DNA from: Myxococcota bacterium
GTDB lineage: Bacteria; Myxococcota_A; UBA796; GCA-2862545
DNA: 29,629 bases
Assembly: GCA_039208735.1 (NCBI GenBank)
Contig: JBCCQY010000110.1
Location: 1-29,629 of the forward strand
Direction: 5' to 3'
Shown here: piece by piece, positions 17,991-27,339 of the stretch
Position numbering within the stretch: the first letter of the stretch is position 1
Layout: the number at the start of each line of letters is the position of its first letter
Program-made: the position numbers and the translations under genes
The notes under the pieces: model-generated
The model's input: only the letters and a program-made list of their open reading frames with translations
The model's database searches: none
What the model was told of the DNA's origin: nothing

Positions 17991-19153
17991 CCACGCCCTC
18001 CATCGACGAGCAACTGTCCCGCTACTTGGAGGGAGATCTACCGCCTGACGAGGCCGCGGCGCTCGAGGCCCGGATTGCGTCGTCTCCAGATCTGGCGGCG
18101 GCCCTCGAAGACCTCTAAGCGGTTCGAGCCGGCCTTCGGGCACTCCCGACGACTGCTCCACCTCCTCCACTCGATCGGCGTCCGCCGGCGCGATCGTTCC
18201 CCTGGCGCCAGGTCATTCCATGGGCCGTCGCATTGGCAGCCATCCTCGCTTTCGTGCTCCGAACCCCGAGCACCGTCGTGCTCACGTCCGGCGTGACCGA
18301 GGTGTCGGGCGACGTGCAGGTGCTTGCCGGAGACGTCGTCATCGACGTGGACGGACGGGTTCGGATCGCCGTGGAACCTTCGGAGGGGGTCCTGCGTCGT
18401 GCTGGGGCAGAGGAGGATGCGATGGACGTACGTACGCCGCTCGCAGCGCTGGCGGGAGCTGTGGTGACCTTGGTGGTGATGGAAGGATCGGCGATGGTGT
18501 CGGAGGGAGGCACCACCGAGGCGATTTCGCCCGGCGAGGTCCGGTCGTTCGGAACGCCGAAACGGACCGTCACCTTGCCCACGACCCCCAACGAGCGCAT
18601 GGCCGCCCTGCAGTCCGAGATCGCCGCCCTGCAAGAGCAGCTTCAGGCTACCGAAAAGGAACTTGCGACCTCCTCGTTCTCGCGGGCGCTGGCCCAAGGC
18701 CAGCTCGAAATGCTCCAGGGCAACGAGTCGCCTTGGCCCGAGGATGCGCCCCCTTCCCTGAACCCCGACAACTTCGAGTCGGAGCTGCGCGATCGGGTCG
18801 CTGAACTCGAGGGCGTCGAGGTGACGCGGGTAGACTGCGACGAGTACCCCTGCGTCGCCGCCCTCCGTCTGCGGGACGGGGCAGAGTTGGCTGATTGGAA
18901 CGCAGACAAGGGCAACGCGGTGCGCGAGTGGATCGCGTCTGAGCTTGGAGACAACCACTCACTTTCCGTCAACGCTTCGAGGTTCAAAAACGACGATCAC
19001 GAAGCCCGGTTCGTCTTGTTCGCGGCCTATGAGGGGGATCGCGATTCCGATGTGGGGGTTCGCACCAAGTACCGCGTCGACACGATGCTGGAGAGTCTTG
19101 GCCAAGAAGTCGCTGCAGAACTCGAGGCTCAGCAAGCCCCGCCCGAGGAGTAG
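17987..19153 (+). pseudogene. Membrane anti-sigma factor gene interrupted by an in-frame TAA at 18116-18118
   Basis: GTG 17987 overlaps the sigma stop. The N-terminus EQLSRYLEGDLPPDEAAALEARI resembles an anti-sigma domain. After the TAA the same frame continues through a Pro linker and TM helix (WAVALAAILAFVL) into the 18233-19153 ORF. Confidence 0.7.
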
Positions 19154-19159
19154 CCCCGA

Positions 19160-19185
19160 CCTGTTCAACCCGAGATTTGAACAGG
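19160..19185. other. Inverted repeat CCTGTTCAA-N8-TTGAACAGG (terminator or operator)
   Basis: Perfect 9-bp arms starting 6 nt after the upstream stop and abutting a -35 box; no clear U-tract. Confidence 0.45.
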
Positions 19186-19186
19186 A

Positions 19187-19216
19187 TTGTCAGTCCTGCG
19201 TCGAGCTCCGTACAAT
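19187..19216 (+). promoter_or_regulatory. Sigma70-type promoter, probably giving a leaderless mRNA
   Basis: TTGTCA (19187-19192) - 18 nt - TACAAT (19211-19216); ATG 19223 is 6 nt downstream, with no SD. Confidence 0.6.
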
Positions 19217-19222
19217 CGCGCC

Positions 19223-20986
19223 ATGAATGCCCAACGTACTCCTCCTCCGACGCCCACGGTGCTCCGAGGGGGCCTCGTCTACGACGGAACTGGCGCAGAC
19301 CCTCAATCGGTCGATGTCTGGATGCGCGATGGCCGCATCGAGGCGCTGACGCCCTGGGGAACCCGAGAAGCTCCTTCTGACGTCGAAGAGATCGACGTTT
19401 CGGGCCGTTGGGTGACGCCGGGCTTCGTCGACTTGCACACCCACTATGACGCTGAGATTGAGGTTCTGCCTGGGCTTTCGGAATCGGTGCGTCACGGCGT
19501 GACCACGGTGGTGCTGGGCAGCTGCGGCTTGTCGATGGTCATGGGGCAGCCCGAGGCCTTGGCCGACATGTTCTGCCGAGTGGAGGGCATTCCGCGCGAT
19601 GTGGTGTTGCCGCTGCTCGAGCGGACCAAGACCTGGGACGACCCCGGTAGCTACCTCACCCACCTCGATGAGCTGTCGCTCGGGCCCAATGTGGCCGTCA
19701 TGCTTGGGCACTCGACGATTCGTGCTCACGTGATGGGCCTTGGTCGCAGCTTGGAAGACGGCGTCACGCCCAGCAAAGACGAGCTGGGGCAGATGGTCCA
19801 CATCCTCGAAGAGGCATTGGACGAAGGCTACCTCGGACTGTCGATCAACACCTTGCCTTGGGACAAGATGGACGGGGACGCCTACCGCAGCCGGCCTACG
19901 CCCTCGGTGTACGCAAAGTGGTCGGAGTACCGGGCCTTCATGAAGGTCCTGCGACGTCGAGATGCGGTGTTTCAGGGCGTTCCCGATGTCTCGGCCAAAC
20001 TCAACGCCGTGCATTTCTTCTTCGGATCGCTAGGCTGGTTCCGTCGTTCCCTGCGGACGATGATCATCACCTTGCTCGATGCCCGAGCCGAGCGCGTATC
20101 GTTCCGGCTGGTCGGGTTTGTGGCGTGGCTGGTGAACCTGGTGGGAGGTCGCTTTCGGCTCCAGTCGTTGCCCCACGCCTTCGACATCTGGTCCGACGGA
20201 CTTGAAGTGCCCGTCATCGAAGAGTTCAGCGCAGGCACCCAGGCGCTGGGTCTCAAGGACGAGGAGGCTCGTTCCTCGTTGTTGCGCGACCCGTCGTACC
20301 GCCGTCAGTTCAAGCGTGAGTGGCGAGGGTGGTTCGCCAAGGCCTACCATCGTGACCTCGATGAGGCGACGATCGTGAATGCGCCAGATCCCGCCCTTGC
20401 GGGCCGGTCCTTTGCCGCGGTGGGCAAGGAGCGAGGCATTGATGCGGTCGATGCGTTCCTCGACTTGAACGCCGACCATGGCAACGCACTGCGCTGGAAG
20501 AGCGTCATCGGCAACGACCGGCCCCGTTGGGTGGAATGGATCGCCTCACATCCGGCGGTGCTGATCGGCTTTTCCGATGCGGGCGCCCACCTCCGCAACA
20601 TGGCCTTCTACAACTTTGGCCTGCGTCTGCTCAAGCGCGTACGCGACGCTGGGTTGGCGGGCCGGCCGTTTATGTCTGTGGCGCGCGCGGTTCATCGACT
20701 GACGGCGGAGATTGCGGACTTCATCGGCATCGACGCCGGGCGGCTCGAAGCGGGACGGCGGGCCGATGTGGTGGTGATCGATCCGAGCGCCCTCGATGAC
20801 GCTCTCGAACGGATCGAAGAAGCGCCCATGGAAGGATTCGCAGACCTGTCCCGGCTCGTTCGTCGCAATGATGCGGCGGTGCGAGGGGTGTGGGTGGGCG
20901 GACACCAGGCTGTCGAGCAAGGCGTGCCTACCGACCAGCTTGGCCATGAACGGCTCGGTCGGGTGTTGCGTCGCACGACAGCATGA
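19223..20986 (+). CDS. N-acyl-D-amino-acid deacylase family amidohydrolase
   Basis: GGLVYDGTG, PGFVDLHTHYD, HGVTTVVLGSCG, SDAGAH and GRRADVVVID motifs. Confidence 0.88.
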   Translation: MNAQRTPPPTPTVLRGGLVYDGTGADPQSVDVWMRDGRIEALTPWGTREAPSDVEEIDVSGRWVTPGFVDLHTHYDAEIEVLPGLSESVRHGVTTVVLGSCGLSMVMGQPEALADMFCRVEGIPRDVVLPLLERTKTWDDPGSYLTHLDELSLGPNVAVMLGHSTIRAHVMGLGRSLEDGVTPSKDELGQMVHILEEALDEGYLGLSINTLPWDKMDGDAYRSRPTPSVYAKWSEYRAFMKVLRRRDAVFQGVPDVSAKLNAVHFFFGSLGWFRRSLRTMIITLLDARAERVSFRLVGFVAWLVNLVGGRFRLQSLPHAFDIWSDGLEVPVIEEFSAGTQALGLKDEEARSSLLRDPSYRRQFKREWRGWFAKAYHRDLDEATIVNAPDPALAGRSFAAVGKERGIDAVDAFLDLNADHGNALRWKSVIGNDRPRWVEWIASHPAVLIGFSDAGAHLRNMAFYNFGLRLLKRVRDAGLAGRPFMSVARAVHRLTAEIADFIGIDAGRLEAGRRADVVVIDPSALDDALERIEEAPMEGFADLSRLVRRNDAAVRGVWVGGHQAVEQGVPTDQLGHERLGRVLRRTTA

Positions 20987-21483
20987 GTGCGCCCCACGAG
21001 GTGGTCTGGCACGAGGATGGGTTTTCGCTGCCTCTCGGCCGGTTGCGTCGGCCCCATGACGAAGGCCGCTACGTCTGGGCCATGACGATTCCATTGTACG
21101 TGTTGGCCCTGGCCATCGAGTACACGCTGGCGGGGTCGGTGTTTGTGCTGGGTACGGCCCTGGTCCTGTTTGCCCGGCAAGCGATGTGGCTCGATGAGCG
21201 CATGCTACGCCTGTCTGGGTTTGGACTGCAGATCGGTCGACATCGGGTGGGCGCTGACGAGCTGTTGGGGTGCGAGCTACAGGGGCACAGCTTGGTGATT
21301 CGAACTCGGCGTCGAACCTGGCCATTGCCGGTGGGCGGCTTGACGGGGCCCGAACGACGGTGGCTCTGCGATGAGATCACGGCGCTTTGGTCCCGTTGGC
21401 AGGCCCGTAAAGGCGACGTCCCGGTTCGGATTCGCCGGCTCACCACCCAGGCTCGCGTCACAGCGCCATCGGCGCCACGGTAA
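20983..21483 (+). CDS. Hypothetical membrane protein
   Basis: ATGA overlap with the upstream gene; two hydrophobic segments followed by a small beta-rich domain. Confidence 0.6.
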   Translation: MSAPHEVVWHEDGFSLPLGRLRRPHDEGRYVWAMTIPLYVLALAIEYTLAGSVFVLGTALVLFARQAMWLDERMLRLSGFGLQIGRHRVGADELLGCELQGHSLVIRTRRRTWPLPVGGLTGPERRWLCDEITALWSRWQARKGDVPVRIRRLTTQARVTAPSAPR

Positions 21484-22957
21484 ACGCGATCACCGTCGCC
21501 CAGGCGGCGAGCAGCAGGTTGAGGGCAAACCCGGCGATGGCCATGTCACCGGGCGACACACCTGCGCCCTGCGCCGCGATGGCATTGGGCGGCGTGGCGA
21601 CGGGCATCATGAACGCACAGCTCGCGCTGATGGTGGCGGGAAGCATCCAAACCACCGGGTCCGCACCGGCTCGCAGGGCCCCCGCGGCGAGCAGCGGGAG
21701 CAGGATCTGGGTCGTCGCGGTGTTGCTGGTCAACTCGGTGAGGAACGTCACCCCCAGACACACCAGTCCCACCGCGAGGACCGGAGGCAAGCTCGCCAGA
21801 ACGTCGGTGCCTTGCGCAAGCCAGTCGGTGAGCCCGCTGGCCGAGACTTGGGCCGACAGGGCAAAGCCGCCTCCCAACAGGAACAGCACACTCCAAGGGA
21901 TGTTCTGCTCGACGTCGCGAAAGTTCAGCACAAACGACGTTTGTGAGCCGCGGCGGACCGGAATGGCGAACAGAACGATGGCGGCTAGGATGGCCACCCA
22001 GGCATCGTGGATGAGTCCATCGAGACCGAAGGCTCCGGACCAGCCCGGTACGGTGAATCCTCCAAAATCGAGGGGCTTGCGGAAGAGCCAGCCGAGCGCG
22101 GCGAGAGCGATGACCGCGATGACCGCGCGCTCGCCCGGGCGCCAGGGCGGGGCCACAGGCGGATCGCCACCCGCTCCGCCGGTCTTCGGCACGAGCAGTC
22201 GAGTCACGATCCACCAGGCAATAGGCACCGCGACGACTGTGAAGGGTACACCCACACCCATCCACTCGGCAAAGCCCACTTCGCGCCCGGTGCTTTCCTG
22301 GAGCACTCCGGCGAACACGGCGTTCGGAAGGGTACCTACGAGGGTCGACACGCCGCCAATGCTGGCGGAGTAGGCAAGGCCAAGGGCAAACGCGCTACGG
22401 ACCCGCGCCGGCTGCTCCACCTCGGTGGGGGCCAGGGTCAAGGCCAAGGGGAGGAGCATCACGGTGGTCGCCGTGTTGCTGACGAGCCCCGACAATACTG
22501 CGGTCGCGACCATGAGGCCCAGCAGACGAGCCCGAGGGGACCGCCGCGCTGCCTCCGAACGCAGCAGCTGGGCCACGATGCGTTCGTGCAGACCCACCGA
22601 CTCCATGGCGCGCCCGATCACGAAGCCACCGAGCATCAAGAACACCAGGGGGCTTGCGTACGGCACTGCCGTCGCCTTCATGCTGGCAATCCCGAGAGCC
22701 GGGAATGCCACCAGCGGCACCAGGGCGGTCACGGTGATGGGAAACACCGCCGCTAGCCACCAAAACGCCATGAGGCCGGTGACGCCTAAGGTGCGCCACC
22801 CCTCGACCGACAATCCCTCGGGCGGTTCAGTGACCAAGACGGCGATGACGAACGCGAGCCCGAGGACCAGGCCGCCCAGCCGATAGGCGGGTCGTTGCTG
22901 GAGCGACTCCCAGCGAGCGGCGGCGGCGGCCAGTTGTTCGAGGATCGTTCGCATCAC
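21458..22957 (-). CDS. DASS/SLC13 family sodium:dicarboxylate/sulfate symporter
   Basis: SNTATT motifs twice, ASIGGVSTLVGTLPNA, WSVLFLLGGGFALS and CAFMMPVATPPNAI. Confidence 0.92.
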   Translation of the reverse strand: MMRTILEQLAAAAARWESLQQRPAYRLGGLVLGLAFVIAVLVTEPPEGLSVEGWRTLGVTGLMAFWWLAAVFPITVTALVPLVAFPALGIASMKATAVPYASPLVFLMLGGFVIGRAMESVGLHERIVAQLLRSEAARRSPRARLLGLMVATAVLSGLVSNTATTVMLLPLALTLAPTEVEQPARVRSAFALGLAYSASIGGVSTLVGTLPNAVFAGVLQESTGREVGFAEWMGVGVPFTVVAVPIAWWIVTRLLVPKTGGAGGDPPVAPPWRPGERAVIAVIALAALGWLFRKPLDFGGFTVPGWSGAFGLDGLIHDAWVAILAAIVLFAIPVRRGSQTSFVLNFRDVEQNIPWSVLFLLGGGFALSAQVSASGLTDWLAQGTDVLASLPPVLAVGLVCLGVTFLTELTSNTATTQILLPLLAAGALRAGADPVVWMLPATISASCAFMMPVATPPNAIAAQGAGVSPGDMAIAGFALNLLLAAWATVIAFTVAPMAL

Positions 22958-23020
22958 GGCTCCTATCCCCCATGCAGCAGCGTGGGCTATGGTGCCCCGT
23001 CGAGAAGCGAGAGGTCGATC

Positions 23021-23899
23021 ATGTGGGTGTTCGTCACGATGTGGACATTGCTGAGTTCGGCGTTCGGTCAGGTCGATCCGCGCTGCCTCGACCTGGCCAA
23101 TGCGGGCCCGCCCGCCGACTACGACGAGCAGGTTCAGCAGGACTTTCTACAGAACTACTACGCCTTGGCGTCCACCTTCTCCGCCAATCACGGCCCCGTG
23201 CCCCACGAAGCTGGACGAGGGTCGGTCGGCATCGACGTGGGTGGTGTGCCGCCGTTGGGGTGTCGTCGGCGCCTCGTACTCAACTACACCAAGACGGAAA
23301 ACACGAACCGTTCACCCATCATGCCGCGGTTCCGTTTTTCGTTGGCGGGACCCGCCATCGGGCAGATGGTGCCCTACATTGGCGCCGCGTTTTTGCCGCC
23401 CGCGCGCATCGCGAGCCAGACCACGACCTTGATTTCCTTCGAGGCGGGGGTGGGCTTCCAATTCGGTGAGCGCCTTCAGTTTGGGGCGCGATTTCACGCC
23501 ACGAGCCATCGGACGGTGGGAGAAATCTCAGGCCCTCGCCGCGAGAACGATGGTGCATTCGACGACCTTTTCACCGCCAATACGCTCGGCGGCGATCTGT
23601 CGCTCGGATTTCGGCTCGATGCGGCGGTTCCCTACCTTTCGCTTGGGGTGACGGACGCGAGCACGACCTACTACGTGGGCGACGACAACATCGCCGTCAA
23701 CAACTTCCACCCCTACTTTGGACTCGTCGGTTCGGCAGGGATCGATACGCTGATCGCGAGCCGCATTCGCGTCGGTGGCGAGTTGTACGGGGCGTTCGGC
23801 GGCTTTTCTCGTCCCGATCCGACCGTTGAATCGGTGGACCAGGCGGCCCGCTATGGTCGACTGGTTACCGCGCGCGTGCGGGTTGGCTACGAACTCTAA
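23021..23899 (+). CDS. Hypothetical exported protein, probable outer-membrane beta-barrel
   Basis: GAGG RBS and ATG 23021; signal peptide (LLSSAFG/Q); amphipathic strands; C-terminal VRVGYEL. Confidence 0.65.
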   Translation: MWVFVTMWTLLSSAFGQVDPRCLDLANAGPPADYDEQVQQDFLQNYYALASTFSANHGPVPHEAGRGSVGIDVGGVPPLGCRRRLVLNYTKTENTNRSPIMPRFRFSLAGPAIGQMVPYIGAAFLPPARIASQTTTLISFEAGVGFQFGERLQFGARFHATSHRTVGEISGPRRENDGAFDDLFTANTLGGDLSLGFRLDAAVPYLSLGVTDASTTYYVGDDNIAVNNFHPYFGLVGSAGIDTLIASRIRVGGELYGAFGGFSRPDPTVESVDQAARYGRLVTARVRVGYEL

Positions 23900-24270
23900 G
23901 CTTCTGGTGCGATCGCGTGAGCCATGAGTTCTTCGAGCGGGACCGTGTCGAGCGCACGCTCATGGGTACGTTCGAGGAACACGGGGCACGCGATGCCCGC
24001 CTGGAACGCTTGTCGCCAGCTGCCCGCACAGACGCACCAGCAATCCCCGTCCTTCAACCCGGGAAAGCCAAACCGAGGCTCCGGGGTGACAAGATCGTTG
24101 CCTTTCATGCGAAGAAACTCGAGGAAGGGCATGGTGACTTGGGCGCAAATCGTGTGTGAGCCTCGGTCCTGGCTGTCGGTGTTGCAGCACCCGTCGCGGA
24201 ACCACCCCGTCAAGGGGTCGTGAGAACAAGGCTGCAGCGGTCCTCCGAGGACGTTTCGCGAGCGCTCCAT
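23896..24270 (-). CDS. DUF2237 family protein
   Basis: NVLGGPLQPCS.DP.TGWFRDGCC, FPGLKDGDCWCVCA..W and TH..AL motifs; AGGAGGAG RBS before ATG 24270. Confidence 0.9.
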   Translation of the reverse strand: MERSRNVLGGPLQPCSHDPLTGWFRDGCCNTDSQDRGSHTICAQVTMPFLEFLRMKGNDLVTPEPRFGFPGLKDGDCWCVCAGSWRQAFQAGIACPVFLERTHERALDTVPLEELMAHAIAPEA

Positions 24271-24303
24271 GGCTCCTCCTGCGGCGACCGGTAACGTTTT
24301 CTC

Positions 24304-25074
24304 ATGACCCCTGACCTCGACATCGCTCGTCACTTCGTCCAAGAGGTTCGCCCCCCTCCTGGGCGCATCTTGCTCGTGGGGGTGACCGGAGCCCACCTGT
24401 ACGGCTTTCCGTCACCGGACAGCGACATCGACCTGAAGGGCCTCCACCTGGCCCCTACCCGCGACGTGCTCGGTCTGAAGTCGGTGCCCGACACGCACGA
24501 CGTGACCGCCATGCACGAGTCGATCGAACACGATCTCACCACCCATGAGGTCGGGTGGGCGTTGCGCGCGCTCCTCAAGGGCAATGGCAACCTCCTCGAG
24601 CGGATCGCCAGCCCATTGCAGGTCTTTGAGACCGAAGCGGTCACCGAACTTAAGGAGCTGCTGCCCCAACTCATCTCGCGTCGGGTTCATGCGCACTACG
24701 CGGGCTTCTTCCGTCAGACCTGCCGCTTTTTCGATCGGGAACCTCAAGCGAAGACGCTGCTCTACAGCATTCGGGTGGCGCTGACGGGCCTTCACGTGCT
24801 GCAGACGGGCGAGGTCCAGCCGCACCTGCCCACGCTGGCCGAGCACTTCGGGTTTCCCGAGGTCGACGCGGTGATTGAGGCCAAACGCACCGGGCGGGAG
24901 AAGGCCTTGCTCTCTCCGGAAGCCGCCGCCCCCCTGCGGAGGCGCTGGCCCGAACTGGAAGAGGCTTTGAAGCTCGCGTTCGCGAAGACATCGTTGCCTG
25001 ACGAAGCGCCCGGACGTGAGGCAGCCGACGCTTGGCTCGTCAAGGTTCGACGTCGCGATCTCGAGGCGACGTAG
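24304..25074 (+). CDS. Pol-beta superfamily nucleotidyltransferase (YcgL/RlaP-like)
   Basis: GAHLYGFPSPDSDIDLKG motif, LLKGNGNLLE, HYAGF and KTLLY..RV.LTG. Confidence 0.85.
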   Translation: MTPDLDIARHFVQEVRPPPGRILLVGVTGAHLYGFPSPDSDIDLKGLHLAPTRDVLGLKSVPDTHDVTAMHESIEHDLTTHEVGWALRALLKGNGNLLERIASPLQVFETEAVTELKELLPQLISRRVHAHYAGFFRQTCRFFDREPQAKTLLYSIRVALTGLHVLQTGEVQPHLPTLAEHFGFPEVDAVIEAKRTGREKALLSPEAAAPLRRRWPELEEALKLAFAKTSLPDEAPGREAADAWLVKVRRRDLEAT

Positions 25075-25075
25075 C

Positions 25076-25756
25076 TTACAGGCGGACCGCGACGCCGAGC
25101 CGCTGGATGTAGCCGCGGGGCCGTATGGTGCCGAGGTCGCCGATCGCAGCGGAGCCGGCCCAGCGGTGGCCAAACTCGGCGTACGCCGAAAACCAGTGGT
25201 CTGGAACGCGGATTTCAAATCCCGCGACGGTGATCAAGCCGCCCGTGAGTCCAATCGACCGCAACTGATTGGGATTGGTGGAGGTCGTGGGGTCGTCGTC
25301 GAGTCGGATTTGACCCCGCCAGAGTAGGCCTTGGGCCATCAAGTAGGGAAAGAACATCTCGGTGACTTCGATGTCCGCACGAGGTCCGAGCGCGAACTGG
25401 TCGACGGTGAGGGCCGCCCCAACCGCGGGGAAGGCGTCCGAGGTGGTCAGCCGCGATCCGCGTTGGCTTCGCTGCCAGGTTCCGACGAGTTGCACCCGGT
25501 CGTGCACCTTGAGCTGCGCTCGGGCGCCCAGGCCCAACATCAATGGGCGGCCGCGGAACGTCTCGTAGTCCGGCTGATCCGTGAATTGATGGCCGAGATC
25601 AAGGCCCAACGTCAGGATGCGTGGGTCGGGCTTGGAATCGAACCGAGGTGGTTCGCGGTCACTGACTTCCATCACCGTGTCGTCATCGGGGGCTTCGACG
25701 GTCGTGGGCGGCGGGTCCTGGGCCCACGCCAGGCCTTGGAGGAGGGTCCAGATCAT
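25076..25756 (-). CDS. Hypothetical exported protein, probable small outer-membrane beta-barrel
   Basis: Short signal peptide (AWA/Q), amphipathic strands, ends LGVAVRL; ATGA-coupled to the upstream gene. Confidence 0.65.
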   Translation of the reverse strand: MIWTLLQGLAWAQDPPPTTVEAPDDDTVMEVSDREPPRFDSKPDPRILTLGLDLGHQFTDQPDYETFRGRPLMLGLGARAQLKVHDRVQLVGTWQRSQRGSRLTTSDAFPAVGAALTVDQFALGPRADIEVTEMFFPYLMAQGLLWRGQIRLDDDPTTSTNPNQLRSIGLTGGLITVAGFEIRVPDHWFSAYAEFGHRWAGSAAIGDLGTIRPRGYIQRLGVAVRL

Positions 25757-27339
25757 CGCTGCACCTCCGGTGCTTCGGCGAATTGAATGGGATCGAGAAG
25801 GCCCGTTGCGGCAAAGCCGCTGACTTCGATCAGCTCCCCCGACTGTGGGTTGAAGAACGAGACGAGCCCCAGGGCATTGTTGTGGGTGATCCAGAACAGA
25901 GAGGCGTCGGGCAACGAGCCAATGGTCACGGGAGGTGCCGACAGATCGATTTGGGCCAGCGCTCCGGTCAGGAGGTCGTAGGACTGGAGGTAGTCGATGC
26001 CTTCCTGAAGAATGAGCGCGTTCAGGCTGGTTTCATCGGCCACGAAGGCGACCCCAATGCCTCGGCCTTCCAGCAAGAAGGGCACGCTCTCTTCGCGCGC
26101 AAGGTCCAAGACTTCCATGCCGGGATTCGCATCGTACAACGCGTCGACGCTGCCGCTCGTAACGCCGCTTTCGGGGCGGGTCATGGCGATGGCGAACTCT
26201 CCGCCAGGAGCCGGATGAAGCGAAATTGCGGGGTTTTGAATTGAGTATTCGGTGAGCTGTTGGGTCGCGAGGTCGAGGGCGTACAGGTCGTGCTGGTCGT
26301 CGTCGCCCCACAACAGGGCCAGCCCGCCGGTCGTCGTGATCTGGTTCATCGGCTCGTCTAAATCGAGACGGTCGACCGTGAAGAAGCCGTGCTCCATCAC
26401 CTCGACGACGGGGGAGTCGTCGTAGACCAGCACCGTTCGATCGGCATCATCGGCGACCTGTAGGGTGGCGGGTTCTCCCGACAGGTCGATGATGTTGATG
26501 CTCTCGTCCATCAGGTCGATGACGTAGAGGTCGGCCTCATTGGCGGTGCTGATCAGCGCGTAGCGACCGTCGGGGGTCAGATCGATGCCGTTGGGATCCC
26601 GAACCACATCGGGATCGAGGGTCAGTGGGAACTGCGTGATGGCGTAGGGCTGCGACCCAAGGCCGATGCTGGCCACGCGGTTGCGCGACAGCACGACAGC
26701 CGAGGTGGCCAGGCCTGCGTCATCGTAGTTGAACAGCACCTGATCAGGCGCAAATCCGACCGTCACAATTTCCGAGCCGTCGCGTTCGAGGTCCAACACG
26801 GCAACCCCGTTAAGGTTGACCACCCCGTTGATCGTGACGTTGTTGAAGTCTTCGATATGGGCGATGCCGAAGCGCCCATCGGCCGAGAACTCGACGGCGT
26901 CGTAGGCGCCATTGACGGGCTGGGTACCGGCGGCCGCGGTGCCGCGGACGAGCCGAATCGTGGATTCCACGGTCAGATCGGCGTCTTGGCACCGGGTGAT
27001 AGAGGTGACGCGGCGGAGTTCCTGGCGGTCGTCAGGCGCGCAGAAGTACTCGTCGACGAAGGCCACGATGGTCTGTTCGTCGGGGGCTGCGGCGATGCGG
27101 GAGACCCGACCTTGTCCCAGGTCGATGGGCTCGACCTCGCCGTTCGGTGCGATGCGAATGAGGCGGCCGGACCACGGCAGTCGGACGTAGAGTCCAGAAC
27201 TCGTCGCCACGGCCTCATTGGGGGCCCACAAGGGCTCATCCAAGACGTTCGACCGACCGTCGGGCAGGTTGTTCCAACCACAGCCCGCCAACCCGGCCAC
27301 CAGTGCGAAACACAACGTGCGTGTCATCCCGGGCCTCAC
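25753..27339 (-). CDS. Lipoprotein with a YncE/YVTN-like beta-propeller
   Basis: Lipobox LAGC; repeated FSADGRF / LTPDGRYA / PAPGGEFA blade motifs. Confidence 0.72.
   Translation of the reverse strand: MRPGMTRTLCFALVAGLAGCGWNNLPDGRSNVLDEPLWAPNEAVATSSGLYVRLPWSGRLIRIAPNGEVEPIDLGQGRVSRIAAAPDEQTIVAFVDEYFCAPDDRQELRRVTSITRCQDADLTVESTIRLVRGTAAAGTQPVNGAYDAVEFSADGRFGIAHIEDFNNVTINGVVNLNGVAVLDLERDGSEIVTVGFAPDQVLFNYDDAGLATSAVVLSRNRVASIGLGSQPYAITQFPLTLDPDVVRDPNGIDLTPDGRYALISTANEADLYVIDLMDESINIIDLSGEPATLQVADDADRTVLVYDDSPVVEVMEHGFFTVDRLDLDEPMNQITTTGGLALLWGDDDQHDLYALDLATQQLTEYSIQNPAISLHPAPGGEFAIAMTRPESGVTSGSVDALYDANPGMEVLDLAREESVPFLLEGRGIGVAFVADETSLNALILQEGIDYLQSYDLLTGALAQIDLSAPPVTIGSLPDASLFWITHNNALGLVSFFNPQSGELIEVSGFAATGLLDPIQFAEAPEVQR

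Noticed and set aside
24304..25074. Nucleotidyltransferase as part of a CBASS or toxin-antitoxin system
   Set aside because: Motifs fit the YcgL/RlaP-like family, and no effector, HEPN or antitoxin partner is adjacent.
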